Shown here one piece after another: positions 1-10,931 of a stretch of 64,000 bases of DNA. The notes beneath the pieces are model-generated. The model worked only from the letters and a program-made list of their open reading frames with translations. It was not told the origin of the DNA and searched no databases. How positions within the stretch are numbered: the first letter of the stretch is position 1; every line of letters starts with the position of its first letter. The DNA is from a bacterium. GTDB lineage: Bacteria > UBA8248 > JACPRG01 > G963555815. The translations under genes were made by a program, and so were the position numbers. The stretch lies in assembly GCA_965218795.1 (NCBI GenBank), contig OZ244653.1:1632001-1696000 (forward strand), written 5' to 3'.

Positions 1-21
1 CTCGAATAGCCGAATCAGTAT

Positions 22-3000
22 TTATGTGGATATATGAATCCAGCCACGATCAAAGGTAAACGTGCGCGCTTTGCCGGCCGGATCTTGAATCCGAACGATA
101 CGAGCTTCCTGCTCATCGCCCGCGTGCTCGACCACATAAAGCCAATACGATTCGCCGCGCTCCCTGGCAAAGTTGAACTGGGTGCGCGAAAGCCCGACCG
201 GGCGATCTTGAAGGCTGCCTTTCATCGCCTTGACTTCGCACCAGCGTATCGGTTGGTCATCCTCGTCAACTTCATACAAATCGTAACCGGGATTATTGGG
301 AGGCGTCTGTTGCCAATCGGGTTCACGCGCCAGGATGAGCTCAATCGCTTTGGCCTCAAGTTTCATCCGACTCCCCTGGTCGAGACCGTCGGGATCTGGC
401 TCGGCCTCGCCGGGGCTTGCCGCCACGTACGAAACGAACGACCAAGCTTCGGCACCTTCAGGACGCCGCTTTCCTTCTTTGACTTCCGGCTTTTTGGCCC
501 CTCCCTCGCCATGATCTTGTTCGCCGGCAGTGCCCTGATGACTCTCACCTTCTCCCAAGCCTGATACTGCACTGTCATCGGTCCTGCGGTCATGGTCCGT
601 TGATTCCCCAGTTCTTTCACCATCACTTGATTTCGATTCTGTTGAATCGTCCTCCGAGCCGAGGAGATCCAGAAGATCGGACATATTCGTCAAGCCGCGC
701 TTCTTGAGCAGTTCAAGCACCCCAAGATCGATACCGGCTGCCTCGGCAAGCATTTTGATGTTCGGTGGCTTGAAATGAATCTTCGATTGCAGAAACGGAC
801 GTTCTTTCCAGCCGAGAGAGTCGAATAGAACAAGTTCGGGGTGCTGCAATTCCCCGTCAGCATCCGGCACCCAGGCTGTTTCAGTCAGCTTCTTCACAAA
901 TGCAACATCAAACTCAGTGTTGCGGTAGTAATAGTAGTGCCACGTATATTTGCCTAAAAAGACACCGGAGCCTGATCGGCTTTCCAAGTCAATGAGTGCC
1001 TCCCAAAGTAGCCTTGCCTTCGCTTTGCGAGTTTCTGGAGCAAGATCGGGAAGTTGCGCCAACAGTTCGTCAAGCCCTCGCAGTGTTTGGTCATCGATCG
1101 GCTCGTCCCACGACGAGTCCTCACACCCCGCTTCCTGTCGCATCTTCCGTCGCTCTTCCGAGGAAAACGTAGCCTCCACCTTAACAGTCTGTAAGTTGCG
1201 GGCTGTTCCGGACGCCTCTAGCAATCTACGTATGCCATCAACCCGCAGGCATGGGTAGGAATCATCGACGAAAAGGACACCCTTTACTCCTTCAAATAAA
1301 TCTTTCAGCTTCTCCGTGGCCAAGTACACTTCTCCCGGTTCCACGTAACATTTTGAACCATCTCCAGCATCAACCGCTCTGACGAACCTGGTTTTCTTAA
1401 GAGCGTCGATAAGTGTTTCGCGTTGTGTCTTAGAGTCCGTGTCAAACGCACTCAGCATTCGCCCGACATCGGCTTCGTAACGCTCATCGTCGATGCTGAT
1501 CTCATTCTCCCGATACGTCGGGAGAACATTCTCGATTACATCGTCCACCGGATCCGGTTTCTTCAATCCCAACGATTGGAGGAACGCACGTGCGGGCTCG
1601 GTTGCGCAGACCGAGCCGCGCACCGTGGGGAAGCCCGTTGTGGCTTCGGTTGGCAAGAACGCTAAGAGTTTGTCATCGGTCTTGGCGGGAACATGTTTTC
1701 CATCCTGCAACCTGACCAGGGAGAGAGTAGCAAACCACTGGTTCCGACGTAGTGCTTGTTGTCCGTTGAGGAACTCGTAGAGCTTCAGTATCCAACCGTC
1801 CGGTTGCGCCTCAAGGAACGCTTGAGCCAGCCGCTGAATGATGTCGTCGGGAGCAATCTCCGCGACGTTCAACTCCTGCCTCAAGTAAGCGTGAAGATCG
1901 TGTGCACGGTCCTGGGTGATGTCGCCGCTCAGCCAAGTCAGCCCGTGCTCTTCCCCGTAGAGCGTTGTGAGTTGGGTGGGATTAAAGAGATCGCGTAATT
2001 CCCGTGTGCGTCCAAGTCGCGCGCGCGTGGCCTCCACATAACCGCCATCAGAACGCGGGAGAAGGGGTTCGGATGACAGGGCATACTTTACGCCCTCAAA
2101 GAGCGGCGCGAACATGCTGGTATCGCCGAACTTTGATGAATCGAGCGGCAGGCATCGCAACGCCTCCATGTCGAGCAAACTCTGATCCCGAAGCCAGCAA
2201 AGGGAATCTCTTAGCAGGGATGCGGTCTGAACCACGAGGTTCCTGTTCCAGTCATCGTCTCTGGCGATGTTGTCCCGGCTTGGCGTTGTGATATACGGAC
2301 CCTGAACGAGAAAGCCGAGATGGGTCTCAACGTCGGTGGGGAAGAAGACGACAAGCGGTGACTGCTCGACGCGACGAACTCGTTGGGAACTGGATTCTTC
2401 GTCTTGGGCGCAGGAAAACGCGATTTCAACGGGCTTGGCCTCGTCTCCGTCATCGGTGGTGACGGGACGCGAAAACACCAGCCACTCCTCATCGACTTCG
2501 CTTTTACCATCTTGCTGACCGATGATCGTCACTCGCCGGACGTTGGAATCAATGTCCTTCTCTTCTCGTAGATATCGCCCCGACGCACCATCTTTGACGT
2601 TCCAGGCAATCTCATTGATCTGGCGTAGGAAAAGGAGTTCGGAGACGCCGAGCCGTCCAAACCCGGCAGCGATTTCATCATGTGCTGAATTGTCGGTAGG
2701 TTTGAAAGGAATCTGGATGACGGTTTCATCTGCACGCCGATCGATTGCGCGAACTGCCACCGGTAGAACAAATTCCTCGATAGCGAAGGCCTCCGAACCG
2801 GAATGAATCTCCGGTCGCTCCGTGAATGCGTATACCGATTTGAATCCGATTCCGAAGCGCCCAATCTCGTTGAATTTCTTGGTGCTTTCGTCGATGCCAC
2901 AAATTCCTCGAACATTTTGTTCATTGAAGGGGGCTCCGTAGTGGCTTACGCGAAGCGAAGTATCTTTCAGAGCAAACGATACTGCCCGCGATGGCGGCTT

Positions 3001-3162
3001 TGGCAGGCGATCGAGGGCGTCTTCGGCGTTTTGCAGTAACTCGAAAATGAAATGCGTCCGCTCCGCATAGCGGTTTGCGAGCAGCATCGGACCGAACCGG
3101 CCGATGTCCGTGCCATATTTCTTGATGTTCTCACGCCGAATTGCTTCGTAGTCGCAGGGCAT
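22..3162 (-). CDS. Sacsin-like N-terminal GHKL ATPase with C-terminal DUF3883 (NO VEIN-type) nuclease domain
   Basis: N-terminal ELLQNAEDA and IGRFGIGFKSVY GHKL motifs; C-terminal NPGYDL...EVKA...LSRTQ...YWLYVV typical of DUF3883. Confidence 0.8.
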   Translation of the reverse strand: MPCDYEAIRRENIKKYGTDIGRFGPMLLANRYAERTHFIFELLQNAEDALDRLPKPPSRAVSFALKDTSLRVSHYGAPFNEQNVRGICGIDESTKKFNEIGRFGIGFKSVYAFTERPEIHSGSEAFAIEEFVLPVAVRAIDRRADETVIQIPFKPTDNSAHDEIAAGFGRLGVSELLFLRQINEIAWNVKDGASGRYLREEKDIDSNVRRVTIIGQQDGKSEVDEEWLVFSRPVTTDDGDEAKPVEIAFSCAQDEESSSQRVRRVEQSPLVVFFPTDVETHLGFLVQGPYITTPSRDNIARDDDWNRNLVVQTASLLRDSLCWLRDQSLLDMEALRCLPLDSSKFGDTSMFAPLFEGVKYALSSEPLLPRSDGGYVEATRARLGRTRELRDLFNPTQLTTLYGEEHGLTWLSGDITQDRAHDLHAYLRQELNVAEIAPDDIIQRLAQAFLEAQPDGWILKLYEFLNGQQALRRNQWFATLSLVRLQDGKHVPAKTDDKLLAFLPTEATTGFPTVRGSVCATEPARAFLQSLGLKKPDPVDDVIENVLPTYRENEISIDDERYEADVGRMLSAFDTDSKTQRETLIDALKKTRFVRAVDAGDGSKCYVEPGEVYLATEKLKDLFEGVKGVLFVDDSYPCLRVDGIRRLLEASGTARNLQTVKVEATFSSEERRKMRQEAGCEDSSWDEPIDDQTLRGLDELLAQLPDLAPETRKAKARLLWEALIDLESRSGSGVFLGKYTWHYYYYRNTEFDVAFVKKLTETAWVPDADGELQHPELVLFDSLGWKERPFLQSKIHFKPPNIKMLAEAAGIDLGVLELLKKRGLTNMSDLLDLLGSEDDSTESKSSDGERTGESTDHDRRTDDSAVSGLGEGESHQGTAGEQDHGEGGAKKPEVKEGKRRPEGAEAWSFVSYVAASPGEAEPDPDGLDQGSRMKLEAKAIELILAREPDWQQTPPNNPGYDLYEVDEDDQPIRWCEVKAMKGSLQDRPVGLSRTQFNFARERGESYWLYVVEHAGDEQEARIVRIQDPAGKARTFTFDRGWIHIST

Positions 3163-3165
3163 TGA

Positions 3166-5407
3166 TCATGTGTCTCCTTCATGCCTGCGGAGTTCAGCCC
3201 CGGCTACCTTGAGCATCCCAAACACAACCTGTGTAGCGTGAATGTCTGCGCTGTTCGCCGCTTCCTCCAATTCCGCAACCCTCCGCTCGCAGTCATATCC
3301 GGCTCTCGCCAGCTCGGACTCCTTCATGCGGCGAATCCTGTCATCGGTCGCTCGTTGAACCTGGTCCTCAAGCAGCCTGCATCGGGCCTGATGGCTGACC
3401 TTCAGGCTTTGGAGGCGATGCTGGACCAACTCCCGGTTCTCCGCCACGTGGTTCGCTCGCGCGACGCTCCATTCGTCATGGTGCCGATGATCGAGCGCAT
3501 CCAGGGCTTCATCGGCATCCCGTATTTCAGCGCGCGCGTCGCCGGCCTCCTCCAGCAATGACATGATGGCGTCGTCCATTGCCGGCTCGGTACTGATCGC
3601 GAGCAGCGCTTCGTCGGTTCGCACCCCGACCTTGCGCCAGCGGTAAAGCGCGAACGGGTACTCGCCTGCCGGCAGACTCTCGCTCGATGCGGTCAGGCTG
3701 ACGCGGGCAACCTCGGAACGTTCCTGGAACCGGGCCGCTTGGCGCACCAGAGGGTGAAGGCCGTTCAGGTGAACGGCGTCGGGGACGGCCGCGGTGGTTT
3801 CCTGATCGAACGTGACCGACAGCATCGGACCGGTGCCCTTGAGCCACTTTTCCCATTGCCGGGCCACCGGGTCGGTCGAACGGGGCTGACGCTTGAAGTC
3901 CTCAAGCAGCTTGGCCCGGGCCCCCTGATTCAACCTCAGTGTCTTGAGCGGCTTCTCGCCGAGAAAAAACTCCCCCCCGGTTTCCATCAGCCCGGAGAGA
4001 TAGGTCGAGACGCAGCGCTGCAAGGCGCTTGGCGACAGCCAGAAACTCTCGGCGGCCTCGATCTCCTGACGCCAGGATTGTTTCGGAACCGTCAACCCGA
4101 ATAGCTCGGCCTGTTTTTCCTCAAGCGCCTGCTCTTCCTGAATTTGCCGAATCCCGTTGTCGCCGAGCTGCTGTAAGCGCTGCGCGCGTTCCTCGGCCGT
4201 AAGCGTGAAGCTCTCCGCGACATCATGGATTTCACGGGTTATCTCGCCAAGAATCTCCTCGCTGCCGCCGACCGCGTGCTGGAACACGCCGATGCGCAAC
4301 AGGCAGCGTTCGTAGATATCGGCATCCACCGTGCCAGGCGTAACCAGATTGACGACGGCAACGGCCTCGCTCTGTTGACCGTAGCGGTCGATGCGCCCGA
4401 TGCGCTGCTCGACGCGCATCGGGTTCCAGGGCAGATCGTAGTTGATCAACAGGTCGCAGAACTGAAAATCGAGCCCTTCGCCGCCGACCTCCGAGGAGAG
4501 CAATACATCCAGCGCGTCCGGGTCTTCCTTCGGCAGCGCGAACCGGCGGCGCAAGTCCGCCCGCTCCTCGTCCGCCACGTCACCATGCACAAGCCCGTAG
4601 CGCAATCCCGCGTCTTCCGTGTGCCTTGCGATATACGCAAGCGTGTGCCGGAAGGTGCTGAACACCAGGGCCTTGTTGTTGGCCATTCGGCTCTTGTCGC
4701 GCAGAACCTGGACAAAAGCATCAACCTTCGGGTCCCGCGGATCGAGGCTGTCGGCTCTCTCCAGAAGCGCCTCGATATCGCTCCGCGCCTCGGCGAGGAA
4801 GCCGAGATCGGCTTCGCCCTCGACATCGCCCGCTTCCATCGTCTCAAGGCCATCCAGCTTGCCGGCGAGGATGCTGCGCAGCAGGGGCGCCAGTCCATAC
4901 AGACAGCTCGCCGCCTGGCGGCGAATCGTGGTCATCATGAACTTGACGTTCTGCTGTCCGTGCGCAAACGCCAGGATACGGGCCACGACATCGATCAGAT
5001 CGTCGTGCAGGCGCTGCTGCTCGGGCGTGAACTCGGTCGTCAGCGTCTCCGGCCTTCGAGTCGTGAACTCGCCGATATCCCTGCGGCGCGTCCGGTTGAT
5101 CATCGGGCTGAAGGTATAGAGCTCCTCCAGAGACCGGACGATGCCGATGCGATCCGCGTCATCGACCTGCTCTCCTCCCAGCCGGTCGTAGATGTTCTGA
5201 AAAGCCGGTGACTCCCGCACAAACAGGCTGCCCCATTGCGTTTGCGCGGCCTCATCCAGGCACGCCCGCGCTTGCCCTTGCCAGTCCTCCTTGGCGGAAC
5301 GGCAATGCTGCACGGCCATGTTGATGGACCGATTGGGCGCGGCCATCTGTTCGAAGCTCGGACGGTCGATCACCAGGTCCGGCCGGAGTGCGTTGAGCAG
5401 CGTAAAG
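3166..5407 (-). pseudogene. SNF2/RapA-like helicase, C-terminal part only (5' end lost at IS3)
   Basis: SEVGGEGLDFQ, YDLPWNPMRVEQRIGRIDR helicase-C motifs; motifs I-III absent; frame runs into the IS3 left end at 5408. Confidence 0.8.
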
Positions 5408-5461
5408 TGGAGTTGACCTGTTTCAGTGGACACCTTCAGACTGTGCGGAGGAGGTGTTCCG

Positions 5462-5776
5462 ATGGCGAAAACTCATTCACCCTACGCGCCGGAGTACCGG
5501 CGCCAGATGGTCGAGCTGGTTCGCTCGGGCCGTACGCCCGGGGAGCTGGCCCGGGAGTTCGAGTGTTCCGCTTCGGCGATTCGCAACTGGGTGCGTCAGG
5601 CCGACCGGGACGAAGGCCGTCGTGAGGATGGTCTGACAAGCGCCGAGCTTGAGGAGCTGCGACGGCTTCGTCGAGAGGTTCGTCAGCTTCGCGAAGAACG
5701 CGAGATACTGGCAAAAGCTACGGCTTGGTTCGCTCGGGAGACCGGCTCGGTCCGGGCGAAGTCCTCGAGCTCGTGA
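5462..5776 (+). CDS. IS3 transposase OrfA (HTH)
   Basis: MAKTHSPYAPEYRRQMVELV...REEREILAKATAWFA. Confidence 0.9.
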   Translation: MAKTHSPYAPEYRRQMVELVRSGRTPGELAREFECSASAIRNWVRQADRDEGRREDGLTSAELEELRRLRREVRQLREEREILAKATAWFARETGSVRAKSSSS

Positions 5777-6813
5777 AGGCGAATCAGGCCCATCATCGGG
5801 TGGCCACGATGTGCCGGGTGCTGGGCGTCTCCCCCAGCGGGTACTACGCGTGGCGAGGCCGTGGGCGTTCTCCTCGTGCGAAGCGCGACGAGGTGTTGGG
5901 GGGCACGATACGGGCCATCCACGAGGCATCTGGTGGCACCTACGGGGCGCCTCGGGTCCATGCCGAGCTGATGGCCGGCGGCTGCCGGGTGAGCCGCAAA
6001 CGGGTGGCTCGTCTGATGCGCGAGGCAGGGTTGGCCGGGGTGAGCCGACGCCGAGGTATGCGCACTACGCGCGTGGACCAGAGCCATTGTGTGGTCCCGG
6101 ACCGGGTCGAACGCCAGTTCCAGGCCGATGGGCCGGATCGGCTTTGGGTGGCCGACGTGACCTACGTGCCGACCTGGACGGGGTTCGTGTACCTGGCCAT
6201 CGTGCTCGACGTGTTCAGCCGCCGGGCGGTGGGCTGGTCCATGACCCACCATCTTCGCACCGAACTGGTGCTCGGGGCGCTGAACATGGCGTTGGGACAG
6301 CGCCGCCCCGACGGGGTCGTGCATCACTCCGACAGGGGATCGCAGTACACTTCGCTCGCCTTCGGCAAGCGGTGCCGCCAGATGGGGGTGGTTCCCTCGA
6401 CCGGGTCGGCCGGGGATTGCTTCGACAACGCCATGGCCGAGAGCTTCTTTGCCACGCTGGAGTGCGAGCTCATCGACCGGCGCTCGTTCCGTACCCAGGC
6501 CGAAGCGCGCATGGCGATCTTCCAATTCATCGAAGGCTGGTACAACCCACGCCGTCGTCATTCGGCCCTGGGTTACCTCAGCCCCAACGACTTCGAACGC
6601 GCCGCGGCGAAGGAAACGCCACGTGCAGTGCGCAACGCTCATCGTCCGGCTCGAGCCGTCCCCGGCGCTTCCCAGAGCGGCGAGCCAAAGGTCAAGACAT
6701 ACCCCCCGGGGGCACCCTATCTATCGGATAGGGAGAAGACTTTACGTCCACCGGCTGTCGCCCACCTCAGGGCTGGGGACGACAGCCATAAACTGTCCAC
6801 TGAAACGGGGTAA
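5773..6813 (+). CDS. IS3 transposase OrfB (DDE integrase core)
   Basis: WVADVTY, HHSDRGSQY, DNAMAESFF, YNPRRRHSALGY. Confidence 0.92.
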   Translation: MKANQAHHRVATMCRVLGVSPSGYYAWRGRGRSPRAKRDEVLGGTIRAIHEASGGTYGAPRVHAELMAGGCRVSRKRVARLMREAGLAGVSRRRGMRTTRVDQSHCVVPDRVERQFQADGPDRLWVADVTYVPTWTGFVYLAIVLDVFSRRAVGWSMTHHLRTELVLGALNMALGQRRPDGVVHHSDRGSQYTSLAFGKRCRQMGVVPSTGSAGDCFDNAMAESFFATLECELIDRRSFRTQAEARMAIFQFIEGWYNPRRRHSALGYLSPNDFERAAAKETPRAVRNAHRPARAVPGASQSGEPKVKTYPPGAPYLSDREKTLRPPAVAHLRAGDDSHKLSTETG

Positions 6814-7086
6814 ATCCACGCGGCCGAGATCGTCGATGTGATCCGCAATCCGCCCGAAGGTTAGAAGGCGAAGCGGCCCGGTTGGAGGGCTGGTGCGGGG
6901 CCGAGTGCGGAAAGCGGTCTCCGGGGCATGCCGGGTTGCGGGATGGACGGAAGTCTCACTGTCGAGTGGTAGGAGATACAGAAAGCCCGGCATTGCCCCG
7001 GGAGCGCTCATCGGCGCGGCCGGCCGGACGCAAGCGAACCGGTGTGCGCGCCGGCCGGAGCTGTCCTGGACCGAGAGGAATTCTTC

Positions 7087-8789
7087 ATGAGCGACGAGGT
7101 GTTTGCGTTTTCGACGACGGGCGAAGTGCTGATGGCCCTGCCGGTCGGGGACGCGTTGAAGGAGAGCCGGGAGCCGGAATATCCTGCTTACTCGGACGTC
7201 TTCTTCAAGAGAGCGCGGGCGGCCGAGGAGGCCGGCAATCATGAGGTTGCGAGGGCTTGGGCCCTGCTCGCCCATCTCTGCCGCGTGGTGCTGACGCCGA
7301 GCGAGCCGGGTGAGCCCTTTCGCCCTGTGTGGGGGGTAGCTGCAGAGGGATATTCGTTCCGGGCGACATGGACGAGGCAAGTGCGGCTGCGGTGCGTGAG
7401 CTCGGGTTGGCCGCAACCGACGCGGAGCTGCGTTCGCGGCTGCTCGACGCGATCTGGGAGCGGCTGCGCGACGCCGGGGCGGCTCGGGAAGCTGTCAGAA
7501 GCTATACGGATGCGGCCAACGCGCTGTTCGACCCCGAACATTGGACGGCATCCGTCGCTCGGATCGAGCGGGCGGCGCGGCTGGCGCGCCAGTTGCGCGA
7601 CTGGGGGCTGGTCGATGACATCTTGCAAGAGGTCGAGCACCGGGTGGTCGAGCTGGACGGTGGCGATCCCCTCTATCTGAGTTGCCGTCTGATGGACCTT
7701 CTTCATGACTTCAAGCGGGGTGACCAGGTTGCGCTGCGCCGGCAGGCCGAACAGTGCTCGGAACCCGGCCAGGAGTTGGTGGCGGCGCATATCCTGGAGA
7801 AGGCCCACGAGGCCTACAGGAACATTCCGGGCATGCGCGCCAAGGCGAATGAGGTTTACGCGCAACTGCGCGAGATCCAGCGGCGATCCGTGAAGCACAT
7901 GGGTCGGATCACGACCCGGATTCCGGACGCGTCCGCGATGATACGTGACGCGCGCGACTGTGTGGCCGGGAAACCGTTGCGGGAAGCGCTGCTTGCGCTG
8001 GCCACGTTCGTCCCGATCACCGACTTCGAGCAGGAAACCGAGAACGCGCGGGGTCTGATGGAGAAGTATCCCCTGCAGGGTCTTTTCGGCGGCGTGAGGA
8101 TAGATCATTCCGGGCGGGTGGTGGGGCGCACGAGAGTTGCTTTCACGACTGACGAGAATGAGTTCGAGCGGGCGCTACGGGAACGGGTCGTCCGGCACGT
8201 GGACCTGCGTTACCAGTTGATTGTGCAGACCGGCATCGTTCCGGTGATCAACCAGTTGAACTTCGAGCATTCCCTGAGGCTGGAGGACATGGTCGATCTC
8301 GTGGTGGACAACCCGTTCGTGCCTCCGGGGCACGAGGAACTCTTCGCGCGGGGGTTCCTGGCGGGGTTTCGATGGAATCTCGCGGAGGGCCTGTCGATTC
8401 TCGTTCCGCAGCTTGAGAACGCGCTTCGGCACGTGCTTGCCGGGGCCGACCGTGAAGTCACGACACGGGACAAGCACGGGATTCAGCATTTCATTCAGAT
8501 GGGCAGGATGCTGAGCGAGCACCGGCAGGACCTGGAAACGATGTTGGGCAAGGACATCGTGCAGGAGCTGAATATCCTCTTTGCCGATCAGAACGGGGCG
8601 GACCTTCGCAACCAGATTGCCCATGGCCTGATGGGGCAAGAGCAGTTCTTTCACCACGCGTCGATCTATGCGTGGTGGTTCGTTTTTCATCTCACGATCT
8701 GTCCTGTTCGGGAAAGGTTTCTGGGAGACGGCGAGTCGGCGGATCACACTGGGGATCGGGACGCGCCGGCCGGGCAAGGCGACGAATAG
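7087..8789 (+). pseudogene. DUF4209-like HEPN-domain protein, frameshifted near 7330
   Basis: ATG 7087 frame (MSDEVFAF...) continues in the 7329 frame, which ends with PQLENALR and LRNQIAHG (RxxxxH). Confidence 0.6.
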
Positions 8790-9496
8790 CGTTCGAGCCG
8801 GAGCGCGCGAAGGGGGGCGAGGCCAGCCTCGATGCGGACTGATTCGCAAGCCACCACGGCAATTCGGCGGAATGGCGGGACCGCGACCGAACGGCGGAAC
8901 CCGCAATCGCAAGGAGCTGAGCACCGAACTGCGTCGCTCGCGATCTCGGGCGGTAGTCGCGCATCGGCAGTGACGGCACGCGGATCGCGCGAATGCCGAT
9001 ACCGAGGGGGCGGTGAGAGGCGCCGGTGCCGGCGCCCGGTGACGGGCCCCACCCCGTGTCCGGCCGGGCCATGACGGCTTCGGCGAACGGTTTCGACGGG
9101 TCGCAAGTTCCGGAAAACCATCGAATCAGGGGTACATGTCACGCCCCGGATTGAGTTGAATCCGCTGACTGCTTGTACACGGATTGGAATTCGGCGATTT
9201 TCGGAATCCGCGAGAGAGACAAATTAGCTTAATATTAACAGATGGTTACAGTTCATTGGGCAGCCAAGCTATTGGGTAGAGATGCACAAGAAAGACGGAG
9301 GTCGTGAATCGTCGCGGAAGCAAGGGGAGGAGACCCGGTTGCAGCCCGTTCCTGGTTGATGGCACTCGAAACTGTTGTGTTTCTTGATGCGCCCGCAGAT
9401 GCCGCGAACCTCGCCCGGAATCTGCTTGATGTCTGAGCGATTCCGCGCCAAGCTGCCAACGCCGCCGCACACATCGCGATTGCCATCACGAACGGC

Positions 9497-9612
9497 GTGA
9501 CGTCCGCGACGAGGGTGCGGTCCATGCCTTCTACGCCTCCTAGGAGGAGCAGATTGCGGAGTTGGCGGAAGAGTTCCTGCGGGAGAACGGTATCGTTCCG
9601 GAATGGAGATGA
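9497..9612 (+). pseudogene. Possible UPF0158-family C-terminal remnant
   Basis: Reads EGAVHAFYAS*EEQIAELAEEFLRENGIVPEWR*, resembling the UPF0158 C-terminus, with an internal stop. Confidence 0.25.
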
Positions 9613-9940
9613 ACCGCCTGGAACGGGATCGCCCGCGGCATTGGTTCGCGGCAACGGACGGCGCACCGGCAGCGCGATGGCATTGGTCAACGCCATCATC
9701 GCGGCCCTCGCCGGCGGGGGCTTCCGGGTTCGGGGCGACTCCGGGCCGGAGGCCGAACGGCTACGATTCGCGCGGCCGATGGTCTCGAATCGGCGGAAAC
9801 GGCGGATCGGCGGCGGCACACGGCGTCAGGAGCGCGCCTCGGTACGACACGATCTCCGTGTTGAAATAGTGTTGAACTTTGCAGGTAGCCGTCAGTCAGG
9901 AAGCATGGAGAAACAGATATCTACATATAATATCAATATG

Positions 9941-10741
9941 TTATGCAACCGCCGCAACGCATGGAAAAAAGCGATCCATAAATTCCCAGCGCAACGTTAG
10001 GATCTCGCTCTTCCGGCATCCGGTCAGCATCAGCAGACGGAGCGCCGCGATTGCCGGCGGCCACACCGAGCCGTCCGCCTCCACATCCCTCAATACCCGG
10101 CCCAGGCGCCGGAACTCCTCCAGTGTCAGGAACCGCTCATTCGACCGTGTCTTGTAACGGCGCACCGACCCGCATGGGTTCCGGCCGGCCGGCATCCGGT
10201 CCCACGCCTCGGCCAGCGAGAACATCTTCGACAGAAGCTTGACGGCCTGGTTGGCCATTGCAGGCGTGTCGCGAAGTTGGTGATGCAGCGCGGAGATCTC
10301 CTTTCGTCCGACCTCGCTGATGGCCTTATCGCCCAGGACGGGAAGAATGTGCTTGTCAAGCACGCTCCGGTACGTTGCAACGGTTCTCGGCTTGCAGTGC
10401 GCCTTTACATGGGTGCTCATGAAACGTTCGGACAGATCAGCCACGGTGAGCTCCGGTTCGGGCAGCGCGGGCACGGGGTCCTCCCCCCGCTTGATGCGGT
10501 CGATGACAACGGCCGCCCGTTTCCTCGCCTCATCGGTCGACATGTCCCCATGCCGCCCGAGGGTCACACGTTTCGGTCCGGCCGGCCCCCGGGACTGGAC
10601 TACGTAGACCTTCCGGCCCGTGGCATGGACCCGTACTCCGAAGCCGGCAAGGTCCCGATCCCAGAAGACGGCATCCTCGGCTTCGACGGTGAGCGCGTCC
10701 ACGGTGCGTTTGGTGATCCTGAGCTCGCTTCTTCTGGGCAT
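9941..10741 (-). pseudogene. Tyrosine recombinase/integrase (arm-binding N-terminus), C-terminally truncated
   Basis: MPRRSELRITKRTVDAL..WDRDLAGFGVRV..RVTLGRHG; catalytic R in LTGCRKSE present, HxxR and Y boxes missing. Confidence 0.85.
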
Positions 10742-10931
10742 GGCCGCTCCTTGCCTTTGTTCTATGGTGATTCGGTATGCAATTCCGTAATCAAATAGAA
10801 CACAAGCCGCATCAAATCGGTGCGTATTTGAGCACAAGCGTGGCGGGAATGCAAGGGGTCGGAGGTGGGTGAACAACAGAAATAACCGAATAAAAACAGA
10901 TAATTATCCTAATCTGACGCATTCAGGCGCA

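Larger units (their letters stand above)
5408..6818 (+). mobile_element. IS3-family insertion sequence
   Basis: Imperfect 26-bp terminal IRs TGGAGTTGACCTGTTTCAGTGGACAC / TGGATTTACCCCGTTTCAGTGGACAG (TG...CA); orfA/orfB; no target duplication visible. Confidence 0.93.

Noticed and set aside
8800-9480. Several short overlapping ORFs
   Set aside because: Arg/Pro-rich low-information translations with no RBS or motifs; probably degraded island DNA
9941-10741. Integrase of the 34-60 kb phage module
   Set aside because: It is truncated, lies 23 kb away and is separated by core genes; it belongs to the left island
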